Source: a virus
DNA: 64,000 nucleotides
Direction: 5' to 3' (one strand)
Virus record (IMG/VR): IMGVR_UViG_3300037091_000060
Coordinates: 1 to 64,000 of that record
The translations under genes and the position numbers were made by a program. Of this stretch, positions 28,638 through 39,018 are shown one piece after another (positions within the stretch are counted from its first letter, which is position 1; every line of letters begins with the position of its first letter). The notes under the pieces were generated by a model. The model had not been told where the DNA came from and searched no databases. It worked only from the letters and a program-made list of their open reading frames with translations.

Positions 28638-29854
28638 TGGCTTTTTTGTATGTGAATGTGAAGGGACAAGCGTGGCGAAAACACAGCTACAGCGCGGGCT
28701 CGACTTTCGATCATAGTCCTTATAAATACTATTTACAAAAAATAATGGGCTGGAAGGAAAAGAATCTGAAGGCGCGCTTCGAACTGGGCCGCGCGTTCGA
28801 GTCTGCGGTTCAGTATTTTCACGAGAACAGCGGAGACACCGCCGCCGCGATTAAGCATTTCCTCGCGCAGTGGGAGACGTGCCACACCACAACGGGACTG
28901 CAATATACGAAGGTCGAGAGGGACTGGGACACGTGCGCGCGCATCGGGACCGACTGGTTGAAGTTGTACGCTATCCGTCGGCCATCTTTGCCAATCCCGC
29001 TGGGTGGGCAGGTTGTGTTTCAACGTCAGTACGAGAAAGAAGTATTTCCGGGAGACCCAAACTATGGAGAAATTCTCGACATCGGTAAACTTGACATTGT
29101 GGCCTTTGTGGAACCGAACCATCCTCTATTACCCAAACTCAATTGGCTTCCAGAGTACGGAGCCTTTCGGCCTATCATTGTTGACATTAAGACAGCGGGC
29201 GCAGACTTCCCAGAACAATACGGCATCGCCGCCTTTGACCCCCAGTTGCGTCGCTACTCTTGGCTCTCTGGCATCCGAGATGTCGCGCTCTTGTGGTTTG
29301 TCAAGAAGGGATTAAAGATTCAGAAGGGCTACTCAGTAACCCTCTTGGAGGACGCCGGGTTCATGAAGGCCGGACAGGAGGCCGTGGTCGCGCAGTGCGA
29401 CGGCGAAGACATCTGGTTGCTCTCGAACGACTTCATGGTAGAAGAGATGGAGCGCGTTCAGGGCAAGAAGACAGATAAGAAGGGCGTAGTGAAGACGGAC
29501 CAGACCGACGTGGCAAAGGAACGCCGCGACGTCTGGTTGAAAGAGAACGGGACCAACGTCGACGAGGACATGATTACCAAGCAGCGTCTGCAATTCAACG
29601 CGGGCTTCGTGACCGTGGAGTCGGCGGACGACGCTGGCAAGATCGCGCAACGCCAGATCATCAACATCGTAAACTCGTGGCACTCCGGCAACTGGGAGAA
29701 CAAGTTTGGCGTGCGCTACCCGCACGACGACCGCTCGGACCCGTACTTCCGCGCCTTCGTGTTAAACGAGGTAGGCTTCAAGGACCAGAATTTCGAAAAA
29801 TCGGACGAGGACGTTGACCTTTTCGCCGACGAAGACACAGAGGGGCAGGAGTAA
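28637..29854 (+). CDS. PD-(D/E)xK exonuclease (RecB/Cas4-like)
   Basis: HSYS..P.KY, GKLD, IVDIKT, QLRRY. Confidence 0.8.
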   Translation: MAFLYVNVKGQAWRKHSYSAGSTFDHSPYKYYLQKIMGWKEKNLKARFELGRAFESAVQYFHENSGDTAAAIKHFLAQWETCHTTTGLQYTKVERDWDTCARIGTDWLKLYAIRRPSLPIPLGGQVVFQRQYEKEVFPGDPNYGEILDIGKLDIVAFVEPNHPLLPKLNWLPEYGAFRPIIVDIKTAGADFPEQYGIAAFDPQLRRYSWLSGIRDVALLWFVKKGLKIQKGYSVTLLEDAGFMKAGQEAVVAQCDGEDIWLLSNDFMVEEMERVQGKKTDKKGVVKTDQTDVAKERRDVWLKENGTNVDEDMITKQRLQFNAGFVTVESADDAGKIAQRQIINIVNSWHSGNWENKFGVRYPHDDRSDPYFRAFVLNEVGFKDQNFEKSDEDVDLFADEDTEGQE

Positions 29855-29855
29855 C

Positions 29856-30616
29856 ATGAAGTACCACGAAGACACGAATTTGAGGTGTTTGGATTGTAGA
29901 AAAGTTTTTCTTCCAAATATGAACGGACTAAGCGATAGCGGGGTAAAAAGGCCGCAGTGTCCCAAATGTTTAGAAGAGATTGATTTAGAGGGTTGGACAA
30001 ACCAGTATTTAGAGGAGAACTGATGAGCACTACACTGAGTTGCGCGGTACCTGAATGCACCACCGTACTCGTGGTAGAGGAGGCGGTTTCTCCCGTCGCT
30101 AAGTACGTGTGCAGATATCACCTGAAGTCCGAACAGAAAAAGGCTCTGCATTTTCAAGAGTTCGCCTTCGACCCGAAATTGAATCCGGGCAACGAAGACA
30201 CCTTGCCAGAAGAATATGATAAGGATTGGGGCATGGGCGGCGAACAGATGCAGCCGGGGGAGAAGTGCAGACACAGCGTCTATGACCCGACCGAAGACCA
30301 GCGATATTGCAGCATCTGCAACCCAGTAAAGATCACGACGGTGGTCAGCGAAGTTAAGAAGACCAAGATCGGTAAAATCGGAATCTTAAAAAACCCAACC
30401 GATTTGGAAGATCAGGCTATTGGTTTGTTGCTCTTTTATCACACGCTGCCGGAAGCGTCTCAACCGCCGTGGTTCAAGGACAGAGACCTACACTTCAAGT
30501 CTTCGGCCAAAGCGGCGTTCACCCAGCGTCTGAGGGGCAACGAAAGTTATTTACGAGATCAGTTCGTGGAGGACACCGAATGGGCAAAATACACGACCAG
30601 CTACGAGGGATTGTAG
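29856..30616 (+). CDS. Zinc-ribbon protein (29856-30023) and Cys-containing hypothetical protein (30023-30616)
   Basis: CLDC..CPKC; SD and coupled starts. Confidence 0.65.
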
Positions 30617-31002
30617 ACGGCAACGACAGCTTTATGACTGGTTTCCAGATCGGGAAGCCTAAGCAGTATAGAAGGAAGGTACCTGTTTGGCTCAACAACA
30701 ATAAGCAGATTCAGGTGATTCTGTTATCAGCTTTCCCGAAGCTGGGTACCGACCAGAGACAGCGCACAATGGCCGCACGTTGGGCCAACGTGGTTCATTA
30801 TTATTTTCGGCTACGCTATACGGATGCCCAGACAGCGGAAGAGTTAGGCATCAAAGTGGAAACCGTAAAAAACGTGCTGAATAGGATTAGGCGAGCGGCT
30901 GGTGGACGCAAGGCCAACGGCTCGGGTGCCCGAGGGGGGAAGTACGGTCGCCCAAAGAAAGTGGTGACCCTAAATGACCTTACCATTGGAAGGGGTTTAT
31001 GA
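30580..31002 (+). CDS. HTH (sigma region-4-like) transcription regulator
   Basis: YTDAQTAEELGIKVETVKNVLNRIR; GGAGG SD. Confidence 0.6.
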   Translation: MGKIHDQLRGIVDGNDSFMTGFQIGKPKQYRRKVPVWLNNNKQIQVILLSAFPKLGTDQRQRTMAARWANVVHYYFRLRYTDAQTAEELGIKVETVKNVLNRIRRAAGGRKANGSGARGGKYGRPKKVVTLNDLTIGRGL

Positions 31003-32412
31003 AGATACTTGTACACCACTGCATCGCTCAAGAGGTGATCGTTTACGGGCTTATGGAGCCGTCACCCAGCATTAAGTGCCGTTGCAGAAAACGCATCTCG
31101 CTAAAACGAGCTACGGAGTTAGTGCGGGTTGGCGAAGCGAGTTGGATTACTGCGAGCCGCGTGCGCGGCGAACGAGCAACGGTCTGTAGGCTCTGCAAAG
31201 CCGATAACGCGGTCGCCAAGTGCGCTTTGTGCGGCGGCAAGGGCATGACTTTAGAGCCTTACGTGGAGGACACACCGGGCAGCGATATCTTGCTGGTTTC
31301 CAGAAATCCTCAAGACGCGAAAGAGAAGAAGTCCTTCTTTTTGAAAGCCAAAACCCCGAGAGCACCCACCATTGAAGAGGGCCACATCATGAGGGCATTA
31401 GACGACAAAGAGGCCAAAGAACGCGTTGAACAGTATGGTGAATCGATTGTGTGGAATTTGCAAGGACTCGGCGCGGAGGTCACCTATAAAGGAAAAGTTA
31501 TTATGGAAGGCCGACCTGAACCAAAGAACGACGCGAAGAAGGGCGTCGGCAGAGATTACGATTGGGGGCGTTGCATATAATGACTGACGATATCAAAGAC
31601 GTAACATTTCAACCGGACCCGTTCGTAACCACGCCGGAGTTACAAGCTGCAATTGACGCGGCCTTGGCTGCGGTTCTAACTCGCACGTACGCTGGCCGCA
31701 ATCCGCAACTCGGTAAGATGATTAACTGTCAAGTGTGCCGCTCCCGTCACCGCAAGAATGAAAGGCAGTGCGAGCAGGTCTTCACACACCGGGTAGATCA
31801 CGACAACTACGAGTTGCTACGAGAGAACGACAATGGTGAACTCGTACCGGACTACCGCACCTGCACGAAGGAAGGCGAGCGTCCCACGATGAAACAGCTT
31901 ATGGGCGCGGCGGCATTCAATAAGAAACGTTTCCACCCGCACCCATCGAAGATCAAGCTGCTGCTCATTAATTACACCCGCGAATATTTCGTAGCCCTTG
32001 GCTTTCCGTTGGAGAGAACCGAAAAGGAGATCGAGAAAAACTTTCCTACTAAAGAAGAGTTCGACAAAGAATTTCAAAAGAATTTGCAACGCTCTCGTGT
32101 CTTGGCCGCTCGTCAAATCCGCAAGGAACGTCGACTGCGCACCCGCGCAACGAACCGCCAAGCGGACAAGGCGCGACGCATCAACCGGGGGCTGTTGTGA
32201 AATACATTAAGGTAGCAGAAACTGAAACGATGATCGCTCACCGGGCGAAGCCGAAGTGGTGGATTCCGATCTACAATTTCTTTTATCGAGTTCAAAGAAA
32301 AGTTCGCGGGCTGCCGCCCGGATACACTTGCCATTTAGTTATCTGGACACCGAAGAATTGGGACGGCTACATTAAGCGACACCACGTCGATAAGGTTGAC
32401 CCCGTTGCTTGA
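30999..32412 (+). CDS. Three hypothetical proteins (30999-31580, 31580-32200, 32197-32412)
   Basis: Translationally coupled ORFs. Confidence 0.65.
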
Positions 32413-33172
32413 AAATATTACAATCCTAATCCCGACCTTCCACCGACGCGGCTACCTCCGCGACTGTTTGGATGGCATCGCCGTGAACCTACCCGAGTGC
32501 GCAATTCTGGTTGCTTCGGACGATGGTCTACTACCAGAGCGCGGGATGCTTCCGCAGGCCTGCGACAGAGATAGTTGGTTCACGCTGCCGTACGATAGCG
32601 GTCTGACTGTGAAGCGCAACATTCTTGCGCAAGGAACGCTGACGCGGTACGCGCTGATGGGTTCCGACGACTTCGACTTCTCCACATCGCAGGCGCGCGA
32701 GGGCATCATTAGGATGGCTCAACTATTCAAGGCTTCAGATTTAACTTTTATGGAGGTTGACGTCGCGTGTGGACGGGTCAACAACCGACCGTACGAGGGT
32801 CATCTTGAGTACGTTCCCGGCCAATACATTAAGGAGCACCGCATCGGGCCGCGACAAGCCTCAAGGGTAACCGGAGTCGACATCGCGGCAAACTATTTTC
32901 TCGCCCGCGCCGACTTCCTCCGAAAGTTTCCTTGGGACGAGACCATCCGGCCTATCGGTGGGGAGCACGCGGACTGGTTCCTCGACTTGAAGGCAGCTAA
33001 CAGAAAGGTCGTGTTCGTCCCCGGCGTGAACATCAACGAACTTCCGAAGGACCGCAGTAAAGAGCATCCCGACTACCGCACGTTCCGCAATCGATGCTGG
33101 GAAGGCCACGCGATCTTCATGAAAAAGCGTGGCATCAAGAAGTATTACGGATTCGATGAAGACGTACAATAG
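32396..33172 (+). CDS. GT-A fold (GT2-like) glycosyltransferase
   Basis: ILIPTFHR, VASDD, DSGL..KRN, SDDFDF, GGEHADWF. Confidence 0.8.
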   Translation: MTPLLENITILIPTFHRRGYLRDCLDGIAVNLPECAILVASDDGLLPERGMLPQACDRDSWFTLPYDSGLTVKRNILAQGTLTRYALMGSDDFDFSTSQAREGIIRMAQLFKASDLTFMEVDVACGRVNNRPYEGHLEYVPGQYIKEHRIGPRQASRVTGVDIAANYFLARADFLRKFPWDETIRPIGGEHADWFLDLKAANRKVVFVPGVNINELPKDRSKEHPDYRTFRNRCWEGHAIFMKKRGIKKYYGFDEDVQ

Positions 33173-33182
33173 GAGAACTAAA

Positions 33183-33377
33183 ATGGCAAAACACAAGGTA
33201 GCAAAGGCAATTCAAATTGGTTCGGTGGTTCAGTTCAAGAGTGGCGGGCCGCTCATGACCGTAGTCAAAGGCGTATCAGGGGGCGACAGCACCATTCTAA
33301 CGGTGTTGTGGATAGCAGAAGAACGCTATCTTCAAAAGGCCGAAGTCGCCATCCAAGCGTTCAAACTGATACGCTAA
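33183..33377 (+). CDS. DUF2158/YodC-like protein
   Basis: IGSVVQFKSGGPLMTV. Confidence 0.75.
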   Translation: MAKHKVAKAIQIGSVVQFKSGGPLMTVVKGVSGGDSTILTVLWIAEERYLQKAEVAIQAFKLIR

Positions 33378-34330
33378 TGGACCTGATAATCTACCACGGA
33401 AATTGTCCCGACGGCTGGGCCGCAGCGTACATCTGCAAGCTGAAGTACCCGGAGGCCGAGTTCATGCCCCTCAATCATGGTCTGACAGACGAGGCATTGG
33501 AAGACCTATTTGCGATGGTCGACAATAAACACGTCATCATGGTCGACTATTCGCTGCGCACTCGCGAGTTGAACGACAAGTTAGCCGCACTCGCGAACAC
33601 GTTCCGTATTCTCGACCATCACAAGACAGCGCAGGCCGTGTTGGAGGGCGCACCGTACGCGATCTTCGATATGAAACGCTCAGGCGCTGGCATGACGTGG
33701 GATTATCTGTTCGGCAAGGACGCGTATTTGGAGGGCGACGGATACTTAGAACGACCATTCTGGATTTCGTACACCGAGGACCAAGATTTGTGGAACTGGG
33801 TGTTGCCGCACTCCCAAGAGATCAACGCCTATTTGATGGTGCAACCGCGCACCGTTGAAGTGTGGGATAAAATAATTGAGATGAGTGCCGCTGATGCTGA
33901 GAAAAGAGGTAAAGGCGTCCGCTCGTACATCGAATACTACACCCGCTCCGTCCTCGCAGAGGTACAAGAGGGCGTTCTATTTTTCCAGACGGGCACAATC
34001 GAGTCAGAGGACGAGACCATCACCCTTCCCGTTTATACCAGTTACCGCACCGGGGTCCTCAACATCCCGTACGTGGGAGTCAGCGAGGCTGGCGCGGCAT
34101 TAGTCGAGAGTGGATTCGACATCGGCCTCGCGTGGTTCGAGCGCGGCGACGGTCTGATTCAGTTCTCTTTGCGTAGCAAAAAGGGCGGCCCAATCGACGT
34201 CGCCGCAATCGCAAAGACCTACGGCGGCGGCGGCCACAACAACGCGGCAGGTTTTCAAGTTAGTCTCAGAGAGGGTCGCGACATCGTCGACGGCATCATA
34301 GGGAGACTCAGTTATGAAAAATCGAATTGA
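33377..34330 (+). CDS. DHH/DHHA1 phosphoesterase (NrnB-like)
   Basis: YHGNCPDG, VDYS, LDHH, SGA, DLW, FSLRS, GGGGH..AAGF. Confidence 0.9.
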   Translation: MDLIIYHGNCPDGWAAAYICKLKYPEAEFMPLNHGLTDEALEDLFAMVDNKHVIMVDYSLRTRELNDKLAALANTFRILDHHKTAQAVLEGAPYAIFDMKRSGAGMTWDYLFGKDAYLEGDGYLERPFWISYTEDQDLWNWVLPHSQEINAYLMVQPRTVEVWDKIIEMSAADAEKRGKGVRSYIEYYTRSVLAEVQEGVLFFQTGTIESEDETITLPVYTSYRTGVLNIPYVGVSEAGAALVESGFDIGLAWFERGDGLIQFSLRSKKGGPIDVAAIAKTYGGGGHNNAAGFQVSLREGRDIVDGIIGRLSYEKSN

Positions 34331-34658
34331 CATCATAGAGTTCCCTGTCTTCTCCGACTTCATCGTCCACGTTGAAGTGACAAAGAACTTACAAAAGACT
34401 ACGATGAAGTATCCAAGTGTCGCGTGTTTGGCGGACGAGATCGATAACAACACAGACGCGGTCACGTTGTACGCTAACGGAAAGGTCTGTTTCATATTCT
34501 TACAACCCGATGCTTCTGCTGGAACAGTGGCCCACGAGGCCTTTCACGCCGTCGAGAATATGATGAGCTATTTCGATATGGACTTGGGCGGGGAGACTTC
34601 GGCGTATCACATCGGGTATATAGTGAACCGTGCATTCAAATTGTTGAGGAAACGATGA
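34314..34658 (+). CDS. Small HExxH metallopeptidase-like protein
   Basis: VAHEAFH..E..AY. Confidence 0.65.
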   Translation: MKNRIDIIEFPVFSDFIVHVEVTKNLQKTTMKYPSVACLADEIDNNTDAVTLYANGKVCFIFLQPDASAGTVAHEAFHAVENMMSYFDMDLGGETSAYHIGYIVNRAFKLLRKR

Positions 34659-35368
34659 CACTACTTATCGCAGTTAAGAGTTGCCGTGCAGACCTAGATC
34701 GCGGGTGTCATGACGTGATTCGCTCGACGTGGGGGCTAGCCTTGCGCGGTAAGGCGATGGTGCGTTTCTTCGTCGGCCACACGGCCAGCGACTACTTCAT
34801 GGCCCACCCAAAGGCCGACGCGAGAACATTCTCAAACGACGAGGTTGTGGCGGACGCACCCGACGATTATCAGTCACTGCCACATAAGACTCGCGCCATC
34901 TGCGGCTGGGCGATCACTAAGAACGTCAGCCACGTGTTCCTCTGCGACAACGACACTTATGTGAACGCGGCGAAGCTACTCTCTTGCGGGTACGAGGGCT
35001 ACGACTACGTAGGCAAGATCGACAAGCCGTTGGGAGAAACCTTCCCTTACGACGCGGTTGACCGCAATGGAATAATGGAGCACATCCCCTTCTGTTACCC
35101 GTGGGCCAGCGGCGGCATCGGCTATTTTCTGTCTCGGAACGCGGCCTTCGAGGTAGCAGACAGTTATCCGAAAACGTGGGCCGAAGATTTGTGGGTTGGT
35201 CAAGTTCTGGGACGAGAGATCGCGAAGGGAAACATGAGCGCGCGCTCTCTTCCGGCAGGCAATTACTCCCTGCATTTTCCATCTGCCCAATTTAAGCAGG
35301 GTTATGACCCAAAGTTGAATTGGATGCAAGAAATGCACGCGAAGACTACGTGGGATAATTTAGTATGA
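34655..35368 (+). CDS. GT31-like (beta-1,3-galactosyltransferase family) glycosyltransferase
   Basis: IRSTWG, FFVG, DDYQSLPHKT, CDNDTYVN, DYVG, ASGG.GY.LS, EDLWVG. Confidence 0.85.
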   Translation: MTLLIAVKSCRADLDRGCHDVIRSTWGLALRGKAMVRFFVGHTASDYFMAHPKADARTFSNDEVVADAPDDYQSLPHKTRAICGWAITKNVSHVFLCDNDTYVNAAKLLSCGYEGYDYVGKIDKPLGETFPYDAVDRNGIMEHIPFCYPWASGGIGYFLSRNAAFEVADSYPKTWAEDLWVGQVLGREIAKGNMSARSLPAGNYSLHFPSAQFKQGYDPKLNWMQEMHAKTTWDNLV

Positions 35369-35793
35369 AGACAGCATTGAAAAACAGAGAGCAGCGTTTG
35401 GGGATTTATAGACGATACTATAGACGACACCGTTTGAAACTCCTCAAAGCGCGCAAAGAGTATTATGATACAAACAGAAAGGAAATAAGAAACAGAAAAC
35501 TCGCGCGTAATTTACAAATAAAGTTTGAAGTTCTCGCGCACTATGGTCCAAGAAAAGAACTGCGCTGTTCATGGCGCGGGTGCGCAATTGTGGATGTGGA
35601 CATGCTCTCATTGGACCACGTAAAAAATGATGGTTTCAAACACCGTCATCAGCATCAACACGATGGAAGTCAGGGCGGGGTCGGTCTTTATTCTCGTTTA
35701 CGAAATATGAAATATCCAAAAGGTTTTCAAACTCTCTGCTACAATCATCAAATGAAAAAAGAGCTTGTTCGTCGTTCATCGGAGGCCTTGTGA
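35365..35793 (+). CDS. HNH-like endonuclease inserted in the GT cluster
   Basis: VLAHYG..C..C..LSLDHVKNDG..FQTLCYNH; AT-rich. Confidence 0.75.
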   Translation: MKTALKNREQRLGIYRRYYRRHRLKLLKARKEYYDTNRKEIRNRKLARNLQIKFEVLAHYGPRKELRCSWRGCAIVDVDMLSLDHVKNDGFKHRHQHQHDGSQGGVGLYSRLRNMKYPKGFQTLCYNHQMKKELVRRSSEAL

Positions 35794-36473
35794 CGTCCGT
35801 AGCATTACTAGTTATCGCAACAGGGGAGAGGTACCACAAGTATGTTCAGCCTCTGCTCGCGTCAGCGAGAACCTATTTCGTTCCTCATACGGCAGTCGTC
35901 TTCTCCGACGCCAACAACATCGGCTTGGGAGAACGTCCTTACATGGTGATCGACCACGAAGCGTGGCCCGGTCCCACGCTCCACCGATATCGTACGTTCT
36001 TGAAGGCAAAAGAATATCTAGGATGTTTCGACCAGCTATTTTATATCGACGTCGACATGCTGTTCGTCGCACCAGTTGGGGACGAGATATTCTCCCACGG
36101 TCTGACCGCCGTACTCCACCCCGGCTATGTCGGCACGTGCGGCACTCCTGAAAGACGAAGAGAGTCCGCCGCGTTCACGCCCTATAATAAGGCCTATTAT
36201 TGTGGCGGCTTTCAAGGTGGGGATACAGAAACATATTTGAGGGCGATGGAGTACATGGCTTCTGGAATTAAATTTGACGAGGCGCGAGGAATAACTGCGG
36301 CGTGGCACGACGAGTCTCACTGGAACGCTCTCTTGTCGACCATCGAAAGGCCGACGAAGGTCTTTGGACCTGAGTACTGTTACCCCGAGAACGCGGGCAG
36401 CCACTACACCGACAAATGGCGCGCGGCGGGACTGGGTCACGTTGAGCCTAAGATTTTGGCACTCACGAAATGA
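35790..36473 (+). CDS. GT6 family (ABO-type alpha-1,3-Gal/GalNAc) glycosyltransferase
   Basis: LLVIATG.RY, WP..TL.R, YIDVDM, LHPGY, ERR.ES.A, YYCGGFQGG, WHDESHWN, PEYCYPE, KILALTK. Confidence 0.9.
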   Translation: MTSVALLVIATGERYHKYVQPLLASARTYFVPHTAVVFSDANNIGLGERPYMVIDHEAWPGPTLHRYRTFLKAKEYLGCFDQLFYIDVDMLFVAPVGDEIFSHGLTAVLHPGYVGTCGTPERRRESAAFTPYNKAYYCGGFQGGDTETYLRAMEYMASGIKFDEARGITAAWHDESHWNALLSTIERPTKVFGPEYCYPENAGSHYTDKWRAAGLGHVEPKILALTK

Positions 36474-37198
36474 TTACCATTAAACTGATGGGAGGATTAG
36501 GAAATCAACTTTTCCAGCGGGCCTTCGGGCTGGCGTTAGAGGGCCGAGGCTATCAAGTTCGTTACGACCCGTTCGCGTTGAAAGAGGGCACTCACCGCGA
36601 GTACTCGCTCGGCTACTTCGGGGACTTACCAATCGGTCGTCAAGAGGGGCCGATTGTCAAGGAGGAGGGCGCGGTTTTTAACGCGGCCTATCTCAATCCG
36701 CCTGACACGTGCACGATGATCGGATACTGGCAGTCGGAGAAGTATTTTCTCCCAGTCGCGTACGAGGTTAACGAGGCATTCAGGTTTCGAGGGCCGCGTC
36801 CGCTACTGCCCGACTGTATAGCGGTTCACGTGCGCCGGGGGGACTATGTCGATTTGCAACAGTTTCACGGCATGCCTGACATTAAGTATTATACAGAGGG
36901 CGTTGAGCACATCCGTCGCCGCGTGGGGGAACCTCTTAAGGTTTTAGTGCTATCGGATGACCGCCAGTGGTGTAGGGAAAATCTCCCCTCTGATTTCACA
37001 GTCGTAGAGGGTGCGAACAAGTACGAGGACATGAAGATCATAGCTGCGTGCGGGTTCGCGGTGATCGCCAACAGCAGCTTCAGTTGGTGGGGCGCGTGGC
37101 TGGGAAGACAGCGGATAATAGTTGCACCGAAGCAGTGGTTCACAGAGCCGTCAATGGATTCTAAGGATATCGTACCGGAGCGATGGAGAACACTATGA
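36470..37198 (+). CDS. GT11 family alpha-1,2-fucosyltransferase
   Basis: GGLGNQLFQ, GYWQSEKYF, VHVRRGDY, SDD..WC, IANSSFSWWGAWL. Confidence 0.95.
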   Translation: MITIKLMGGLGNQLFQRAFGLALEGRGYQVRYDPFALKEGTHREYSLGYFGDLPIGRQEGPIVKEEGAVFNAAYLNPPDTCTMIGYWQSEKYFLPVAYEVNEAFRFRGPRPLLPDCIAVHVRRGDYVDLQQFHGMPDIKYYTEGVEHIRRRVGEPLKVLVLSDDRQWCRENLPSDFTVVEGANKYEDMKIIAACGFAVIANSSFSWWGAWLGRQRIIVAPKQWFTEPSMDSKDIVPERWRTL

Positions 37199-37608
37199 GA
37201 GTATACTTAGGCGGCACCTTCGACATCATTCATCCCGGCCACATCAAGCTGTTCCGATGGGCGAAATTTACCTTCGGTGAGGTGATAGTCGCGCTCAACA
37301 CCGACGAGTTTATCCTGCGGTATAAGGGCAAGGCCCCGGCGATGACCTTCGAGCAGCGTAAGGATGTTCTCTCGGAACTTCGCTCGGTGGACCGCGTTGT
37401 CACGAACACGGGCGACGAGGACTCAAGGCCATCGATTATCGAAGCCCGCCCGCAAGTCATCGTGGTAGGCTCCGACTGGACGAGAGATCGCATTTTGAAG
37501 CAACTGAATATCACTGAGGGATTCTTACTGCAATACAGCATCAACCTTGTGATCTACGGCAACTCTGACCCGATACACTCATCAGACATCAAGAAGAGAA
37601 TGGCATGA
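37195..37608 (+). CDS. Cytidylyltransferase (TagD/glycerol-3-phosphate cytidylyltransferase-like)
   Basis: GGTFDIIHPGH, VALNTDEF, VGSDW, HSS.IK. Confidence 0.9.
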   Translation: MRVYLGGTFDIIHPGHIKLFRWAKFTFGEVIVALNTDEFILRYKGKAPAMTFEQRKDVLSELRSVDRVVTNTGDEDSRPSIIEARPQVIVVGSDWTRDRILKQLNITEGFLLQYSINLVIYGNSDPIHSSDIKKRMA

Positions 37609-38243
37609 TAATCGAGGCGTTCATTCCGGATTGGGCAAGCCCCCGGGCGCACGCGGGGGCGTTGGCCGAGGCACTTGAGCCTTTTTGCAAGACGACTATC
37701 TTGAGTTCCTTCGACGTGCCTTTTTCAGTTCAGTGGGCGGAAGCGGTTTCTAAATTCACTGGCGACATATTTTTGTGGGCGATGGCGGACATCGAATTTC
37801 GGGACCCTGTTGAAGACATCTTTGTTTCAATGTACCGCGCCTACACACGTGGCGACATCGTGATGTACGCTCCCAATTTGGACTACACCGCGATGGTGTA
37901 TGACACGAGCAAGTTACGGCAGGTCGATCTTGGGCTGTTCGAAGTCGCGGGAACGGATTTAATCTTTGTTAGCCTGCACCGGGACCTGTTGGAATTGCTG
38001 CCCCCGCTGGGCTGCAATACCCATGCGTGGGCCTATGATTATCTGATGACGCACATCGCGCGCAGCAAACTCGGCAAGAAGGTCGTACGCGACTACAATT
38101 TCATGATCGCTCACCCGTACGGGAAAGCGTATAGTGAACCAGAAGCTATAGCGCAGCAAAACGAGTGGATACACCATCTGTCTTTTGTACACCAGATGGG
38201 CATCCGAGAACAGCAAGCGATTCAAGAGAGAACCCATGCTTAA
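37605..38243 (+). CDS. Putative divergent GT-A glycosyltransferase
   Basis: FS.QW, FLWAMADI, HAWAYDY, IAHP; position within GT cluster. Confidence 0.5.
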   Translation: MIIEAFIPDWASPRAHAGALAEALEPFCKTTILSSFDVPFSVQWAEAVSKFTGDIFLWAMADIEFRDPVEDIFVSMYRAYTRGDIVMYAPNLDYTAMVYDTSKLRQVDLGLFEVAGTDLIFVSLHRDLLELLPPLGCNTHAWAYDYLMTHIARSKLGKKVVRDYNFMIAHPYGKAYSEPEAIAQQNEWIHHLSFVHQMGIREQQAIQERTHA

Positions 38244-39018
38244 GTTATTCACTTTCGTGAGTACGAACCCCGCGCTGCTCGAACTTCAGTACAACAGCTT
38301 TCTGCGACACATGAGGGAGCCGTTCGAGTTCGTCGTTATAAACAACGGCGCGCTCACGGACCACGACAAGTACATTGAGATTGCCAAAGAGTGCATGCGC
38401 CTCCACCTTCGGTTCATAAGTGTGATGTACGACCCTATCCTCGCAGACCGACTGCGCAATTTAGGCGGCCACCGAGTGCTCGTCGGTAATATGTATGCTA
38501 ACATGACTGCGGCCTGCGGATACGGGGTCGCGTGGGCGTGGGAGAACGTGATCTCGAAACAGCGCGGCACCGTCTGTCTGATGCACCACGACATGCTGAT
38601 GGTGCGCGACGCCGTTCTGTCAGATCAGATGGAGGATGCTGACTTGGTCTTTGTCCCGCAATCCCGTGAGGGCGTGCCCGTGCACTTGTGGGAGGGGTTC
38701 GTTCTCGCCAACATCGACCGCATACCTGTGATGGATGCAGCGTGTTGGTGGTACGGTGAGATCGGTGATGTCAATGTGGACGTCGGAGGGATGTCACACT
38801 ACTGGTTTCAAGCGCACCCGCACCTGCGTTGGAAGGGAATTCCTACAGTCTCAGTCGAGGATACGCCCGACGTGAGTTTTCACCCAGCGGTATTTGAGCA
38901 TCTGTATCTCGATGGCGAACCAACAATTCTACACTACCGCGCGGCATCCGACTGGATGAAGCTGGGGCCAGAGTACCACGAAAAGAAGATGCTGTGGCTA
39001 AGGGAGCAACTGCGATGA
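38236..39018 (+). CDS. Putative glycosyltransferase
   Basis: NP.LLELQ..F, FVVINN, MHHDM, DVGG, LHYRAASDW. Confidence 0.55.
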   Translation: MLKLFTFVSTNPALLELQYNSFLRHMREPFEFVVINNGALTDHDKYIEIAKECMRLHLRFISVMYDPILADRLRNLGGHRVLVGNMYANMTAACGYGVAWAWENVISKQRGTVCLMHHDMLMVRDAVLSDQMEDADLVFVPQSREGVPVHLWEGFVLANIDRIPVMDAACWWYGEIGDVNVDVGGMSHYWFQAHPHLRWKGIPTVSVEDTPDVSFHPAVFEHLYLDGEPTILHYRAASDWMKLGPEYHEKKMLWLREQLR